64,000 nt of DNA. Origin: Basidiobolus meristosporus CBS 931.73. Taxonomy: Eukaryota; Fungi; Basidiobolomycota. A model generated the notes under the pieces. The model saw nothing but the letters and a program-made list of their open reading frames with translations. It made no database searches and had not been told where the DNA came from. The stretch is from positions 1-64,000 of the forward strand of contig MCFE01000051.1 in NCBI GenBank assembly GCA_002104905.1. Direction: 5' to 3'. Both the position numbers and the translations under genes were made by a program. Shown in pieces: positions 36,901-50,687 of this stretch. Numbering within the stretch: position 1 is the first letter of the stretch; each line of letters starts with the position of its first letter.

Positions 36901-38808
36901 ACACAAACAGAAATGGTCTCACATATGATCAGGGCATTAATGTCCATTGATAGAACTCTCCTTGGAGTTGCCTGCGTCACAAATGATGACCCCACATACA
37001 ACAAGCCCAATAATTTACTACTAGGAGATGTGGATTCAGGTATCATGACTTTTGGAATCCTGCTACTGATATTCAGATTTGCTAACAACACCCCTTAGCT
37101 TCCATCCACTGCCTCAATCATCACTACACCAATCAAAACAACCGACGTAAGAAGCGTGTTCTTCGGTGTTGCATGGTGCTCATTTAACTGGAACTCTATT
37201 ACCTTAGGACACTACAGCACAGTTACAGATGTCAAGTTCTCCTCGGATGGGAAATGCATGTATTCAAGCTCTTTTGACACTACGGCTAAAGTATGCCCCA
37301 TAACTCCACGTTACTATTTTGCCATTGATCACTAACATTGTCTTCAGATATGGTCTACGGAATCAGGAGAATTGACAGCATCAACGGGTAAATTGCAGTC
37401 AGTTTCCCTGCAGTATGGTAATAAATACTCACCCTCTTTGTCCCAGGAGTTCACAGCAAAAGGGTCAATAGAATGGCAGTCCCCAAAAACAAGCATTATG
37501 AAATCTTTGCCACTGGATCAGATGATGGGTAAAGGAGCTCTCAAATGGACACAATTACTCCCCACTGACCATGGACTCTATTTAGGTTGATTGGTGTGTA
37601 TCCAGTTAACACTGAACTAGGAATCCTTGCTGCCAAAGCCAATATCTTGTCCCAGCGCAAAAATAGGTAAGCTAAAGCATGCTTGTGTACGGTACAAAAG
37701 CTAAGCTCCCTCCCCTCAGTCGCATTGTGTCCGATGTGGACTTTTGTAGTGGGCCATTTGATCATTTGCTGATTGGAGCTTATGAAGGCACAAAGACCTC
37801 AGCAGCAGGAATGGTAAGCACCAGTAGTCACTGAATCACACATGCAGGATTAGACTTATCAGACATTTTTTAGATTATAGTGTGGGATTATCAAACCAGT
37901 AAACGGGTGCATCAATTTACCGATATGCTGAGTTCAGTGTCATGTATTCAAAGCTCACCCACAGGTATTTGACAAGATCTTTCAACAGACTCCAGAGATT
38001 GAAAACTCAAGCAGTTCAATTCAGGCAATCTGATAGTGTCCGGCTCCTCTGGGGGAACCTATGTGGAAGAAATGCAGCCTTCTGGCGACCAATGTGTGCG
38101 AGTGTTTGACCTTAGAACCAACATTCAGGTTCAAACAGTCAACACAAATCAGTCCGACATCAACTTGGTTACATTTAGGTGAGACCATTCATTCGATCTC
38201 AACAAGTATTCCCTGTCTGATCTCTAGAACATACTAGCCCGGACGAGACATTTATCACTAGTTCCGGAACTGAGAATCGAACCTTTGTGTATGATCGACG
38301 ATTTTGCGATGCTCCCGTTCATGTTTTGAGCCACGAAGGTAAGCCGCCTCTATGGCTTAATCTGCCAATCGAGCTAAACGAACAATTCCTGCATAGAACC
38401 AACTGGGGGAATACGACACGATGGTGTAATATCATTGCAGTGGGTTGGATCCGACATGCTACTAACTGGGGGAGGTGACTCGTTGGTAATTGCTCATGAC
38501 TATAGAATTGGCGATAGATTGCATCATCTCATGCATTGCATCTTCAGGTTAAACTCTGGAGCACCACTCGAACAGATCCCTGCATTCATTCATTTGACCG
38601 CCAGGATAGCCCAGTTAGCTCGCTGTCGATTGCCCCGGGTAAGCTGAACTCGTCACAAGTGTATGTTGAAAATTCCTACTAATCGCTTTTGTTAAAAGAT
38701 CACGACTTGCTAGCAGTTGGCACCATTTCGGGAAGTGTGTATCTTTATAGCAATGATGAAACTCACAAGTCACGAGGGGATATGTGGACAGTTGTGGGCG
38801 ATGAATAG
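33959..38808 (+). CDS. Myb/SANT + WD40 protein, Raf1/Dos1 (CLRC DCAF)-like; start uncertain
   Basis: Long disordered N-terminus; Myb-like HHPFTQQEKETLL...GWNKISKLLPGRKPSDC; TLLGVACVTNDDPTYNKPNNLLLGDVD; WD blades GHYSTVTDVKFSSDG and TGGGDSL|VKLWST...DSPVSSLSIAPDHDLLAVGTISGSVYLYS; stop 38806-38808. Confidence 0.65.
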
Positions 38809-38842
38809 CCAACATCCAGGAGAGCCTGCACTTCCACCTTTC

Positions 38843-38880
38843 ACCCCCTACCCCTACCCCTACCCCTACTCCTACTCCTC
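38843..38880 (+). repeat. (CCCTAC)n / (CTCCTA)n microsatellite
   Basis: cccctacccctacccctacccctactcctactcctc. Confidence 0.8.
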
Positions 38881-39098
38881 ATCCTCCACCTTCTTATGTT
38901 GTAGAAGCTCGTATCAAGCTAGCTTAATGATTTGCTACAGTATTTGTTTGCGTCAATAAATGCTGGGAACCAAACGTAGCCAAAGAGCCAAACCCTGGAA
39001 GTTTCCATCCGCTTCTCGGATCAAACAGGTATTGTTGTTGAAAACAACGTAATGTGACAATCAAAGGGTTAGGGTCAAGCGTATGAGCATTCCGGTAA

Positions 39099-39134
39099 GC
39101 AATATAGGTGAGCAATATAGGTGAACAATATAGG
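39099..39134 (+). repeat. 13-bp tandem repeat x3 (GCAATATAGGTGA)
   Basis: Units start at 39099, 39112 and 39125. Confidence 0.85.
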
Positions 39135-40038
39135 CAGATTATTAAAAATACCGGCCACTGAATCCGCTCCCCAATCTTAGATGCTGATTGGGCGGACTAT
39201 TCGTAATAAGCTACTTTGTTGGCCACTTAATGCTAGATTGAGGTTGAGTAAAGATAGAGTTGGAGCTCTTGAAACAGTCAGATTACTTGATTAATTGATT
39301 CCTGTAAAGCCATTTTAATATATCCGCTTTAAAAGTACTGCTGGCATCCATCTTTGGGGTTGCCGCACCCAGGGCCAATGGCATCAATTATTGACACACA
39401 ACACCAGGCCTTCTTATTGGCTCTCCCAGGTTACCTAGTTCCGAAAACTGTGCCAATTACGCTTTTAATTAAGATCATGGCCAGGTGGTGTTTTGAAATG
39501 GGATCAAAGACGAGAAATATTGATTGCTTCGAGATTACAGAAATTGCCAATTATTCCGATAAAAGAAATATGTTGATTAGTTACCGTTTAGGCCAGCATA
39601 TACGCAAAATATTCCCCTCCATATACACTTGGAATAAGGTTAATACTCTCTCCCCATCACACAAAATGAACACCAGCGCTAATGATTGGAAATTTGTACT
39701 CATGGGTGCTTCCAAATAAGGTGCGCCAACTATCTATACTTTAGGATATTCTACTAATTTGCCAATTAATCTGTGTGTTGTTATTTATAGTTTTTTTTCC
39801 ATTATGGAAGGGCGCTGTGCTCTTAAATTGCTGTGCTAATATTTCCTCTGATCCCTTCGTCCCTCCTTCCACCCACGACATTCCGAAAGGTCCTCCTCCA
39901 TATATTTCTTGACCTTACTTCCACCTGGAGAGCACAAATAGACCACCCGAATTATTTGTCGCCCTTTTGCATTTGTTCATTGCTTTTCTGTTTTCATAAT
40001 ACCTTCCGACAATACGTATATAATAGAGCCTTTCTACT

Positions 40039-43000
40039 ATGGGTAGTAGAAAACCAATTGGCTTATCGGAAGATGGCCACAACCTCGTCAACCTGTCCTC
40101 TTTCAATGAAGACGAAGTCACCTCAACCCTCCGTGATTTCTACCAACAGGATAGCATATTCACTAGAATTGGTACCCGCACCCTTGTCTCCCTGAACCCA
40201 TACAAGCCTCTGGACAACTTCAACGAAGTTGCCCTCCAAAGATACCTCGATGACTACAAGGATATCTCTGGCCAAAGACAGGTGTTGCCCCCTCACATAT
40301 TCGAAACTGTTAGTAACGCTTACTTGGATATGAGAAGGACTGGCTACGACCAAGCCATCATTTTCAGGTAATGTTTTCAGTCGCCGTGTTCCCCGGTTTC
40401 CTCGATTAACTCTGATGTGTTTCTAGTGGTGAGACTGGCGGTGGCAAGTCCTACATCAAAAGCATGGGTCTTCGCATGTTGGCTGCATTGAGAGAATCTT
40501 CGAAAAAGGACTCGCACATCATGGGCCAAATCCAAGATGCCACCAACATCCTGGAGGCGTTTGGTAACGCCCAGACCTTGCACAACAACAACGCCTCCCG
40601 CTTCGGGAATTACACCGAAGTTCAATTCAACGAGCGTGGTAGAGTCATTGGAGCCAAGATCATGGACTATCTCCTGGAAAAGTCCCGGGTCGTGTCCCCC
40701 AACGTCAACGAATCGAACTTCCATATATTCTACTACTTACTCTCCGGAGCCACTGATGAAGAGAGAAGCCACCTAAAATTGGCCGACACTAACACATATC
40801 TTGCCAGCGGATCCCGCTTCAGTGAGCAGGACATGGCTATGTTCAATACCCTACGGGCATCTATGAAGTCCCTTGGCTTCAACAAGAAATACCAAAACCA
40901 AATCTTCAGACTGTTGGCCGCGATTCTCCATCTAGGCAATATCACCTTCATGGACCACCCAAACCGCCCTAACGAAGCCACCTCCATCAAAAATGAAGAT
41001 GAGTTGCTGACCGTTGCCGAATTCCTCGGGGTCAACGCCACGGATCTAGCGAGCGTCCTCACCTACAAGTCCATCATCATTCGCAAGGAGATCTGTACCA
41101 CCTTCCTCAACGCCAAAAAGGCCGAGGTCCAGCGAGACAGCCTATCAAAGGCGCTTTACTCGCTTCTGTTCAGCTGGATTGTCGAGTTCATCAACACCAA
41201 ACTCTGCTCCGACACCCAGAGCAACTTCATCGGGCTGGTGGATATGCCCGGGTTCCAGAGCTTCGAGTCCAACGGATTCGAGCAGTTCTGCGTTAACTTC
41301 ACCAACGAACGCATTCACAACTTCATCAACCACCACATCTTCGAGGCATTCAATGAGGAGTACCAGGAGCAGGGAATCGCTGCACCGGAGGTTCTCTACT
41401 TCGACAACTCCCCTTGTCTTGACCTGTTCATGAAGCCAAACTCCGGCTTGATAGCCCTGATGGATAAGAAGGCCCTTGGCCAGGCAGAGTCCGATGGAGA
41501 GACTTTGTTGGAGAGCTTCAGGAAACAACACTCATCCCACAGCAACTTCCACCCACCACCGAAGGGTTCCCATGGCAACTTTGCCATTCAGCATTTCGCT
41601 GGCCAGGTGGCCTACCGCATTGATGAATTCTCGGAGAAGAACAATGACACCATTGGCTCGGACTTCATTGGTCTCTTCCGTGGTGGCTCCGATATGGCCT
41701 CCACTAGCAATCCCTTCATCGCTGGACTGTTCAGCGACAAGACTGTAGCATACGAGAGCCATCCCAGAAACGAGTCGACAATCGTTGCCGCCCAAACCCC
41801 AGCCATCCCCACCAGAAAGCCTTCCATGCGTCGTCCTCGTACCAAGCCCGGTAAAGATACCAAGAAGGTTACAGGTGTAACCACTCAGCTGAAGGGGGCT
41901 TTGGATGAGTTGGTGGAGACCCTGCAGGAGACTGTTCCATGGTTTGTTCTGTGTATTCGCCCCAACGATACCCAAAAGCCCGGCCAGTTCGACTCCCGCA
42001 AAGTCAAACTCCAGGTTAGATACATGGGACTTGCCGAAATAGCAAACCGTCGTCAGATGGATTACACCACTTCCCTGACCCATGACGAGTTTCTGGAACG
42101 CTATGCGACGGTGATTGAGCCTATGGGGTTGGACCAAACCCGGGACGCCAAGCAGAAGTGTCAAACCACCTGCACCATCTTCGGTTGGAACGAGAAAGAG
42201 ATGGTGGTTGGCGCAACCAAAGTCTACCTCGGCTTTGATGCCTGGAGGGATCTTGAGGACAATCTTCGTCTGATCGAGGCCGATGCCAAGAAGCGCAAGA
42301 AGGATGGTGAGCCAAGTTCTCCTCATGGTTCCATGGATATCCCTACCTCCCCGGCAGCCGTGCCCGCCACATTCCGATCGATCTCGTCCCCCACTCTTCG
42401 GGACTCCCAATCCTATGCTACTAGCGCTGACACTCGTTCCTTCTACAGTGACGATGACTACTTCGAGCGTCCAGAAAACCAGTCTGCCATGACATCGGAA
42501 ATCTTTGCCCCACAGCCTACCATGAAGGGCCCCGAGGTCTCCAAGGTCGAGGCGCAGTTGCCGGTGGAAGAGAAAGAGCCGGTGTCGAAGCAGCGCAAGC
42601 GATGGGTCTGTTGCACATGGTTCCTCACCTGGTGGATCCCCACTTTCACCCTGACCACCTGTGGTAGAATGAAGCGGCCTGACATCCGGATGGCCTGGCG
42701 TGAAAAGACCGCCCTCTGCATCCTGATCCTGTTCATTTGCGCCATCGTTGTGTTCTTCTTGATCTTCTTCGGAAATATCATTTGCCCCCGCCAGCATGTC
42801 TACTCTCCCAGCGAACTCGCCAGCTACACCACCAAAGATAAGCCGTACCTGGCTATCCGTGGTGAAGTGTTTGACTTCAAAGATCTCAACCACTATGGTA
42901 TCACGTTCAATGATATGAAGAATTTCGCCGGAACCGATGCTAGCTTGCTTTTCCCTGTCCAAGTCAACATGGTGTGTGACGGGTGGAACGGCCTTCAGAT

Positions 43001-45701
43001 CGACCCTTCGGTGAACATTGAGAATTACACCCTGGAGCCGTACTCCCGTTACCATGATTATCGCTTTGCTGCCATCGGAAACGACTACGCGAAAAACGAT
43101 TATTACACCAATAACCTGATGGTTTACATGCGCAAGAAGTTCGCCAAAGGTCAAGTGGCTTATTCGACCAAGGCCGTTCGCCAGAAGGCGCAAACTGTTA
43201 ATGGTGGCGTATGGGGAATTGTCGATAACAAGGTGTACGACTTGACCAGATACAAGGCTGCTTTTACCAGCAACCCTCCAGGATGGGGGGATAGAGGTAA
43301 CGTCAACCTGGACTTCCTGGATCCAAATCTTTACGACACCTTTAAGAGCAACAACGGACAGGATGTCACTGGCAACATTAATGCGCTCTATGCCGCTCAA
43401 CCAGAGCAGAAGGCGCAGATGATGAGGTGTCTTCGGAATCTGTTTTATGCCGGTGTCGTGGATACCAGAAATTCGCCCCAATGCATGTTCTCGAATTATT
43501 TCCTACTTGCTGCCACCGTTTTCATGATGTCCATCATTCTCTTCAAGTTCTTGGCTGCGTTGCAACTTGGTTCATTAAGAGAGCCAGAAGATCACGACAA
43601 GTTTGTGGTTTGTCAGGTCCCTTGTTATACCGAAGGCGAAGACTCTCTCAAGAGAACCATCGACTCGCTTGCTGTGCTGAAGTATGATGATAAGCGCAAG
43701 CTTCTGTTTGTTGTTGCTGATGGTATGATCATCGGCGGTGGAAATGACAAGCCCACTCCCATGATTGTGTTGGATATCCTTGGCCATGACGCATCCGTGG
43801 AGCCGGAGCCTTTGGCCTACAAGGCGCTAGGCGAGGGTAATCAGCAGCTCAACATGGGCAAGGTGTACACCGGTCTTTACGAATGTTCGGGCCACGTTGT
43901 GCCATACATCGTTGTGGTGAAGATAGGAAAGCCTTCCGAACGCTCCAGACCAGGCAATCGTGGTAAACGTGACTCGCAGTTGATCCTCATGCAGTTCTTC
44001 AACAAGGTCCACTTCAACACCGAGATGACTCCGCTTGAGCTCGAGATGTACCATCAGATCAAGAATGTGATCGGTGTGGACCCATTCTTCTACGAGTATG
44101 TATTAATGGTGGATGCCGATACCATCGTTCTGCCAGACTCGCTCAACCGAATGATCTCCTGCATGCTTAACGATTCCAAGATCATGGGTCTCTGTGGAGA
44201 AACGCAGCTGTTGAATGAGAAGGCCTCGTTCATCACCATGATCCAAGTCTTCGAGTATTTCATTTCCCATCATTTGAACAAGGCCTTCGAGTCGCTGTTC
44301 GGATCGGTCACCTGCCTACCCGGTTGCTTCTGTATGTATCGCTTCCGTACCCCAATCAAGAACCAGCCTCTCCTGATCGCCAACGTGATCATCGAGGAGT
44401 ATTCCGAGAACAAGGTCGACACCCTCCACAAGAAGAATTTGCTCTCGCTTGGTGAGGATCGTTACCTGACCACGTTGATGTTGAAGCACTTCAACTACAA
44501 CAAGATGACTTTCACGCCCGATGCCAAGTGTCAAACCAACGCCCCTGATGAGTGGTCGGTGTTGTTGTCGCAGCGGCGTCGTTGGATCAACTCCACCATC
44601 CATAACCTGGCCGAGTTGCTGTATCTTCCTCGTCTTTGCGGTTTCTGCTGCTTCTCCATGAGATTCGTTGTGTTCATCGATTTGCTTTCGACCATCATCA
44701 TGCCGGTGCAGTGTTTCTACCTTGGCTTCCTTTTGTACAAGGTGATCACCGACCCATCCTCCTTCCCGGTCATCGCCATCATCATGCTTGCCGCCATCTA
44801 CGGCTTCCAGATCTTCATCTTCCTGATCAAACGTCAATGGCAGCACATTGGCTGGATGATTGTATACCTTCTCTCCCTACCCATCTTCAGTCTCTTCCTC
44901 CCGGTCTACGCCTTCTGGCACTTTGACGACTTCTCTTGGGGTAACACCCGTGTGGTCGTTGGTGAGAAGGGTAGCGTCACCCACGTCTCGACCGAGGAGA
45001 AGTTTGACCCCGCCTCGGTGCCCCTCAAGAAATGGAGTGATTACGAGCAAGAGCTTTGGGAAGTTGGCACCCACGTGTCCCACGAATCCAAAGGATCCAG
45101 CCCGTCAGCCCGGGAGAGCTATCGCAGTCGCTCCAAGTCCCGCATCCCGGATAACACCTCGGTGTACACAGGCATGGCGCCCATTTCAACCCACAGCATC
45201 CCTGACCCATACCTACCCACCGGCATGCGTGGCCGCTCCGTTTCTCCTGCTCCTCCATCAATCCATAGTCATAGCATGTCGCCCTATCCAGCTGGCCCGA
45301 TGCCAGGTCGGAATCCATCCCATTCTGTAGATCGCAACTCGAGGGCCTACTCAGTGGCCAGGTCGGAATACAGGGATTACTCCCGCAGCCGTGGGCCCAC
45401 GCTGGATGTTCCTGGATACAACCCTCGCGCAAGCAATGCCTCCAACCTCTCCCCCATGATGGGTGCTCCTGGCTATCATCAGATGCAGCCACTTGGCAGC
45501 CGACCTGGCAGTGTGATCAATCCTGTCTCGGACCATGAGATCATGGAGGAGATCCGACACATCCTGTCCACTGCCAACCTAATGTCCATCACCAAGAAGC
45601 AAGTTCGTGACGAACTGTCCCGCCATTTCGGAATGGACATGACCCACAAGAAGGAATACATTAATAATTGCATTGACATGATCCTCCAAGGTCAGTTGTA
45701 A
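40039..45701 (+). CDS. Class V myosin-motor chitin synthase (CsmA-like), 1 intron (40368-40426)
   Basis: Myosin P-loop GETGGGKS, switch I NNNASRFG, switch II DMPGFQ; cytochrome b5-like region; CHS motifs GEDRYL and QRRRW; C-terminal DEK_C (ITKKQVRDEL...F). Confidence 0.96.
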
Positions 45702-45749
45702 CCCGCCGACTGAGCCCCTCTTAACTCATTGATTGTCATATACCACCAA

Positions 45750-45778
45750 CCCCATTCCCATTCCCATTCCCATTCCCC
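45750..45778 (+). repeat. (CCCATT)n microsatellite in the chitin synthase 3' region
   Basis: cccattcccattcccattcccattccc. Confidence 0.8.
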
Positions 45779-46069
45779 CCCTCCGAAGATATCCTTGGCA
45801 TGGAGCAACCAGGTTTTTTTTGACTCGACCCAATGTATGAATATGTAATTAGTTTTGCCTCATGCAAACACATTTCCTCATTCTTATCTTATCGATCCTT
45901 CATCTATTTCCATAATAAACGTGTGTATCATCTATCCATCGACCATCGACCATTGACACATGTACCGGATCATTCGGATTCGTTGTTTATTTATAGAGAG
46001 ACTCGCGAGGTGGGAATTTACAAGGAATCTAGTTCGGTTACTTTACACTACACGTCCGCGCCAATTCTA

Positions 46070-48562
46070 TTACAATCCAACGGTTGCTTTCGTGTGGCGG
46101 AAGCGGACTGGCATCGGCACGGCCAGATTCACCTCCACCTCCGGTTGGACCGTCTCTTTCTCGATCACTAGCTTCGGCATGGTGCTCTCGATCTCCTTCA
46201 CCTCGCACCCGGCCGCCAGCAACTCCTTCCGCATCTGCTCGAGGTCCCTTTGGTGGGCGGCGGCCGGGGTGCTCTCCTCCGCCTCCTGCCCTGGCTCCTC
46301 AAACGTCTCGCTGGTCACTTGGATGCCCATCTTCTTCATTAGCCGGGGCATGCTGGCGCGGTATAGGAGATGTCCGTTGATCATGTCGGTGAGGTCGAGG
46401 TTCTCCAGGTTCGGGACGTCCGCCACCGCACGTAGTCCCGCGATGGGCCGACCAACCGCGCTGGCCCGGTAAAGAAATCCTGGGGGAGGAGGGGTCAGTT
46501 GGGTGGGCATGTGATTTGCCGGTCGAGGAGGAACGCTCGCTTACCTAGCACCCAATCCGTTTTCACGTAACCGTTCACGAATCTCCCCGAGACCACGCTG
46601 GCCGCTTGCTTCCACTGCTTGGTGCTTGCTGTGACTGGGGTTCCGAAGAGGTAGACATCTTCCACTATACCGTACGCGTTGACTCGAGCAAGTTCTAGCA
46701 GGCAGTAGAAGATCACTCGGGACCCTAGAGAAAAGCCGACCAGGCTTACCGGGCGGTGCCCTTGAACATGGTTCAGTAGAGTGTCGGCCAAGACCTATTC
46801 GTCAAGAGAGGGAAAGAAAGAGGGGGGGGGGATTCAGTTGATGGAGTAAGTGTCGCTTTTCAATGTCGTCCGAACGTACCAAGCCTGCTTTACGGGCCTT
46901 GTCTAATCCGATGGACCATGGGTTGTCGATCAAGTACCCGATTTTGGTGAGGGCCAAAGGCCATGCCAAAGCGGCCAGTAGGGCGTGCAGCATGGTGTGC
47001 TGCAAGATTTGCTGTGTCGCGAAGCTGACAACCTATGCGGGGGCTTAGTCGGTCGTACCCAACGGAGCGGGGAAATCCCAGGAATCCTTACCTCACCAGC
47101 GACCATCTTCAGGGCGTTTCCTAGCTGTCTCAAGACCTCCGTTTCCCACGACAGACTGAAATGATCGCCGTTGTCCGGGTCCACGGTGGAGAACGGGAGG
47201 GTCGCCTCGTCATCTTCTCCGGTCAACCACCCGCCAATGGTGATCAGGACGTTCGCGCGTTTGGCATCGTGCTGAGGGATGAATTGGAAGGTGCTGATCC
47301 CTTTGGTCCTTTTGGCCATCTTCTTACCGGCCAGCCCTAAACCGAATTCCGATGTGAGTTCGCCCAACGGAGATCATGCGAACTACGCTCTCTTACCTGC
47401 TCCGGTCACTGCTCCCCCTGTGGTGATGAGCGCGATCCCTCCGGTACTTCCTAAAAACGCCGTGGTCCCTCCCACTCCCAGTCCGGTGAACGCGGCCCCG
47501 ATACCGGCCCCGATCACCGGCGCAAGCAGTCCCGCGGAAAGTCCGAGCACCAGACTGCCCCCTGTGGAATCCGGTCAAATCACGTTACTACGGGTGGACC
47601 ACAGTCCCAAATGGCTCCCTTGAAAACTACCTGTCACCGCGAGACCCATCAGGATGAGCCGTTTCGTTTTGTTCCGCTTGTTACGCCCGTAGGACTCCTT
47701 GTCGTGTTTCAACGTTTCCGCCACCTCGTAGAGCTGCAGCTGCTGGGTGACGTTCTTCTCCAGGTCCACCACGTCCACCCAACCGAGCCCCAGCAGCCCC
47801 GCCACCCGTTTCAGCAGCACCCGGGCCCGGGGATCGTACATGTTGTCCGAGATGCACAGCAGAAACAGGTCGCAGATAATCGTCCACCGGATGTCGATGG
47901 TGACCGTGTGCTGGATCTCGGCGAAGTTCTTCGAGTTCCTGGCCGTCTCGGGGGTCTCGAGCGTCTCCACCGTAACACTCTGCCCCTTCTCCACCAACGA
48001 TCTGCACATGTCCTCCGCCACCAGGCCGTGGCGCCTCAGCTGTAGCAGCATCTCCTGTTCTGGGAAAGGTCCGGGTCAATCAACGTCGAGGGTGGGCGGG
48101 TGTGGTCCGCCGCTGTTCAACCTTCCGCGGGGCTCACTTACCTTTGGGGTCCACATCCATGTGCGCGAACAGCTTCTGCAGCAGTCGTTTGGAGAAGTTC
48201 GCCCAGCTCCCCCGCGCCGCGCCGAACTCCTCCTCCGCAAGGGACTCCTCCAACTCCGCCAGCACCACGGTGCACAGCCCGACGTAGGCGAACTTTCGCT
48301 GCTCGTCAAAGATGTCCTTCGTGGTGTGGATGCTCTGGAACTTCCCTTCGGCCGGCGGGGTGGCCGAGGAATACGGGGGCGAGGGGTCGTGTGGGGCTTC
48401 GTAGGAGCAGTACGCCTGGAGGGTGGTGTCGGTGAAGGAGTCCTCCGTGTCGTCGTCGAAGAGTTCCGAAAGCCCGGTGGTTCGCGTGGGGAGCTTCTCC
48501 TGGTCCAAAGTGATCGAATACTTGGTCGGGTCAGACCGTTCCTCCTCCGGTGAGAACTCCAT
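46070..48562 (-). CDS. DUF726 / TMCO4 / Mil1-like alpha/beta-hydrolase-fold membrane protein, multi-exon
   Basis: IDIRWTIICDLFL...YDPRARVLL; GLSAGLLAPVIGAG; GHRPVSLVGFSLGSRVIFYCLLELA; VSGRFVNGY...DWVL. Confidence 0.9.
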
Positions 48563-50261
48563 GGTTGGAACTGGTGCTGAAGGGAAATGTGAAGGGGAAG
48601 CGGGGTGTGGGTCGTCGACGGTTGGTTGTTCTTGGTGTGTGTTTCGTGGGGTCGTCGTCTCGTAACCTTACGAGGAGAGTGGTGGTGGTGGTGGGGGGGG
48701 AAGTTTTGGGAACGGGCGGTGGTCTGGTCGAACGGATATATAGTCACGTAGGGGGATTCGAACGGACGCTGCAATCCACACATGGACGAAAATTTCGATC
48801 CGGTGTCAGGTGACCCGGGAGAGGGGTGGAAATCGATTTCATTAAACCTGGGTTGCCAAGAATAGATTGGGCTCATTTACGCACACCTGTCCATGAATTC
48901 CATTCTTCCTTCGAACATTTCCACTGGCCCACTCAGGTGTGATTCGCAAATCCGGTGTCCCCTGACCATACATGCTGTCAGACTCTCGTGCGCTAGGATC
49001 TCAACCCGAGATCCCCGGTCCCGCCGTGGTAATATGCGTTCCGAATGACCGATTTACACATCGCTCATCCTTGTGATGGTCTCCATCATTGGCTTGAGAA
49101 ACGTGGGGCTGCCCACATTGTATGGTCGGATCTTCAACGATATCGACCCATCCAGTGGCCAATCACGTTCCCAATGATCAGAGCGGGTTTCTTCCAGAGT
49201 AGGATGATCCGGATGATCCAGTCCAGGCATCTCAGGTGCTTGGCGCTAGTGGGTGGGTCTTGGCGAAGTGGTGCGGTTTACTGGGGGATGGACCGGTGAG
49301 GTTTGGTGACACGTACGTGGCTAGGATCAGTCGAACCATCTTGAGCCTCCAGGGTACCTGGACCGTCTAACCTGCTATGGCGGAGCTAGTTTTGAGCGAG
49401 TGCCACATACTCGCTGATTGATGCCGGCCAGAACCAATCTACCAAGCGGCATGACGTCGGAAAATCCCCCGCCAAGGCACTGGCCTTGCTGCCCGCTTCC
49501 ACCACCATTCGCCCTGCATAGTCCCGGGGTTCCCGGTTGTCTAATCCCGCTCCCGCACTGCTCTGTCTAACCACCTCCGCAGATCCCCGTATCCCGCATC
49601 GAACTGCAAGTACGCCACCTATGTCCACACTGTGTCTCCTGGTTTGGCCCCAACCCTGTCTCTGATCCTTTCCACGGTGATGGCTGCGTAGACAACCACA
49701 TGCCAAGTGGAATCTCCAATCCATTGCTAGATAAGTCCATCTCTGAGACCATCTCGACCACCCATGTACTCCCCCTCCACCCGCTTGGGGTGGTGGAGGC
49801 ACCCCGGTTCTCTTCTTCTTGTTCCCTGGGAGCTAGGCGGGTGCTTGGCTGGGTGACAAGCCTGATGGTTTGGTACGCCAAGAATCCCACCTGGTGTGTA
49901 AGATGCACCCAGCATCATGCACCAGATAGTCCTGGAAATTCAGGCGTGGTGAGGTCTCACTGATCCTGGTGGAGTCAGTGATTGGCATCAGTTAGACACC
50001 AACCTCACCTTCAGGGTAGTGGGTTCAGCCAAAGCTGGGGATCAGGCATTTTGGCAATACCCTACAGGATGTAAAGCAGGGATGCATGGGAGGGGACTGT
50101 CAACTCCAAGCCTAAAACCTGTATTGATGGTGCATCATGTGGCTCCACTGGCTGATCTGTATGTTATGTAGTATTGATTTGAAATTTGGCTGGCAGGTGG
50201 TTGATTCTCTGCCTGGATTGGTGCTCCAGAGGTTGTATTCCTGGCCTCTCACCCTGTGATG

Positions 50262-50687
50262 TGTTGTGAAAATTTGTAATTCCACCTAAATATTCACCTA
50301 ACTTAGTCACTTGGATCATTGCCTATAAATCTTAGAGAATACTGACCAAATTCCTTGTTGGGATTTACTTCAAATATTTTCACCAGAACATCAGATACCC
50401 AGAATGTGAAAATTCTCAAAGTTGTCTTGACAACCCCAAACCTTGTACACATGTTCTTGGGACCTTCCTAAGCATATTCTGTGTGGGTTTTTGGCCAAGA
50501 CCATGTAAAAGTATAAGTACTACTCTTACACTTAATAAATCATTATGTGAAAACCACATAACCTACTTATTCTCCCAATCACTTCCAATATGTCCAAGAC
50601 TCTTACACTTAATAAATCATTATGTGAAAACCACATAACCTACTTATTCTCCCAATCACTTCCAATATGTCCAAGACTCTTACAAAA
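50262..50687 (+). repeat. Copia LTR A (about 349 bp plus a 77-bp internal duplication)
   Basis: Starts TGTTG; homologous to LTRs B, C and D; followed by PBS-like AGTTATGAGCCC. Confidence 0.85.

Noticed and set aside
41532-43481. 649-aa and other long antisense ORFs over the chitin synthase, DUF726, RPS18 and RPL19 genes
   Set aside because: Shadow ORFs caused by codon bias and high GC on the coding strand; no motifs.
49045-49950. Short ORFs on both strands and an imperfect palindrome (49223-49243) between DUF726 and the TE block
   Set aside because: No recognisable domain or splice chain; the palindrome is short and mismatched.
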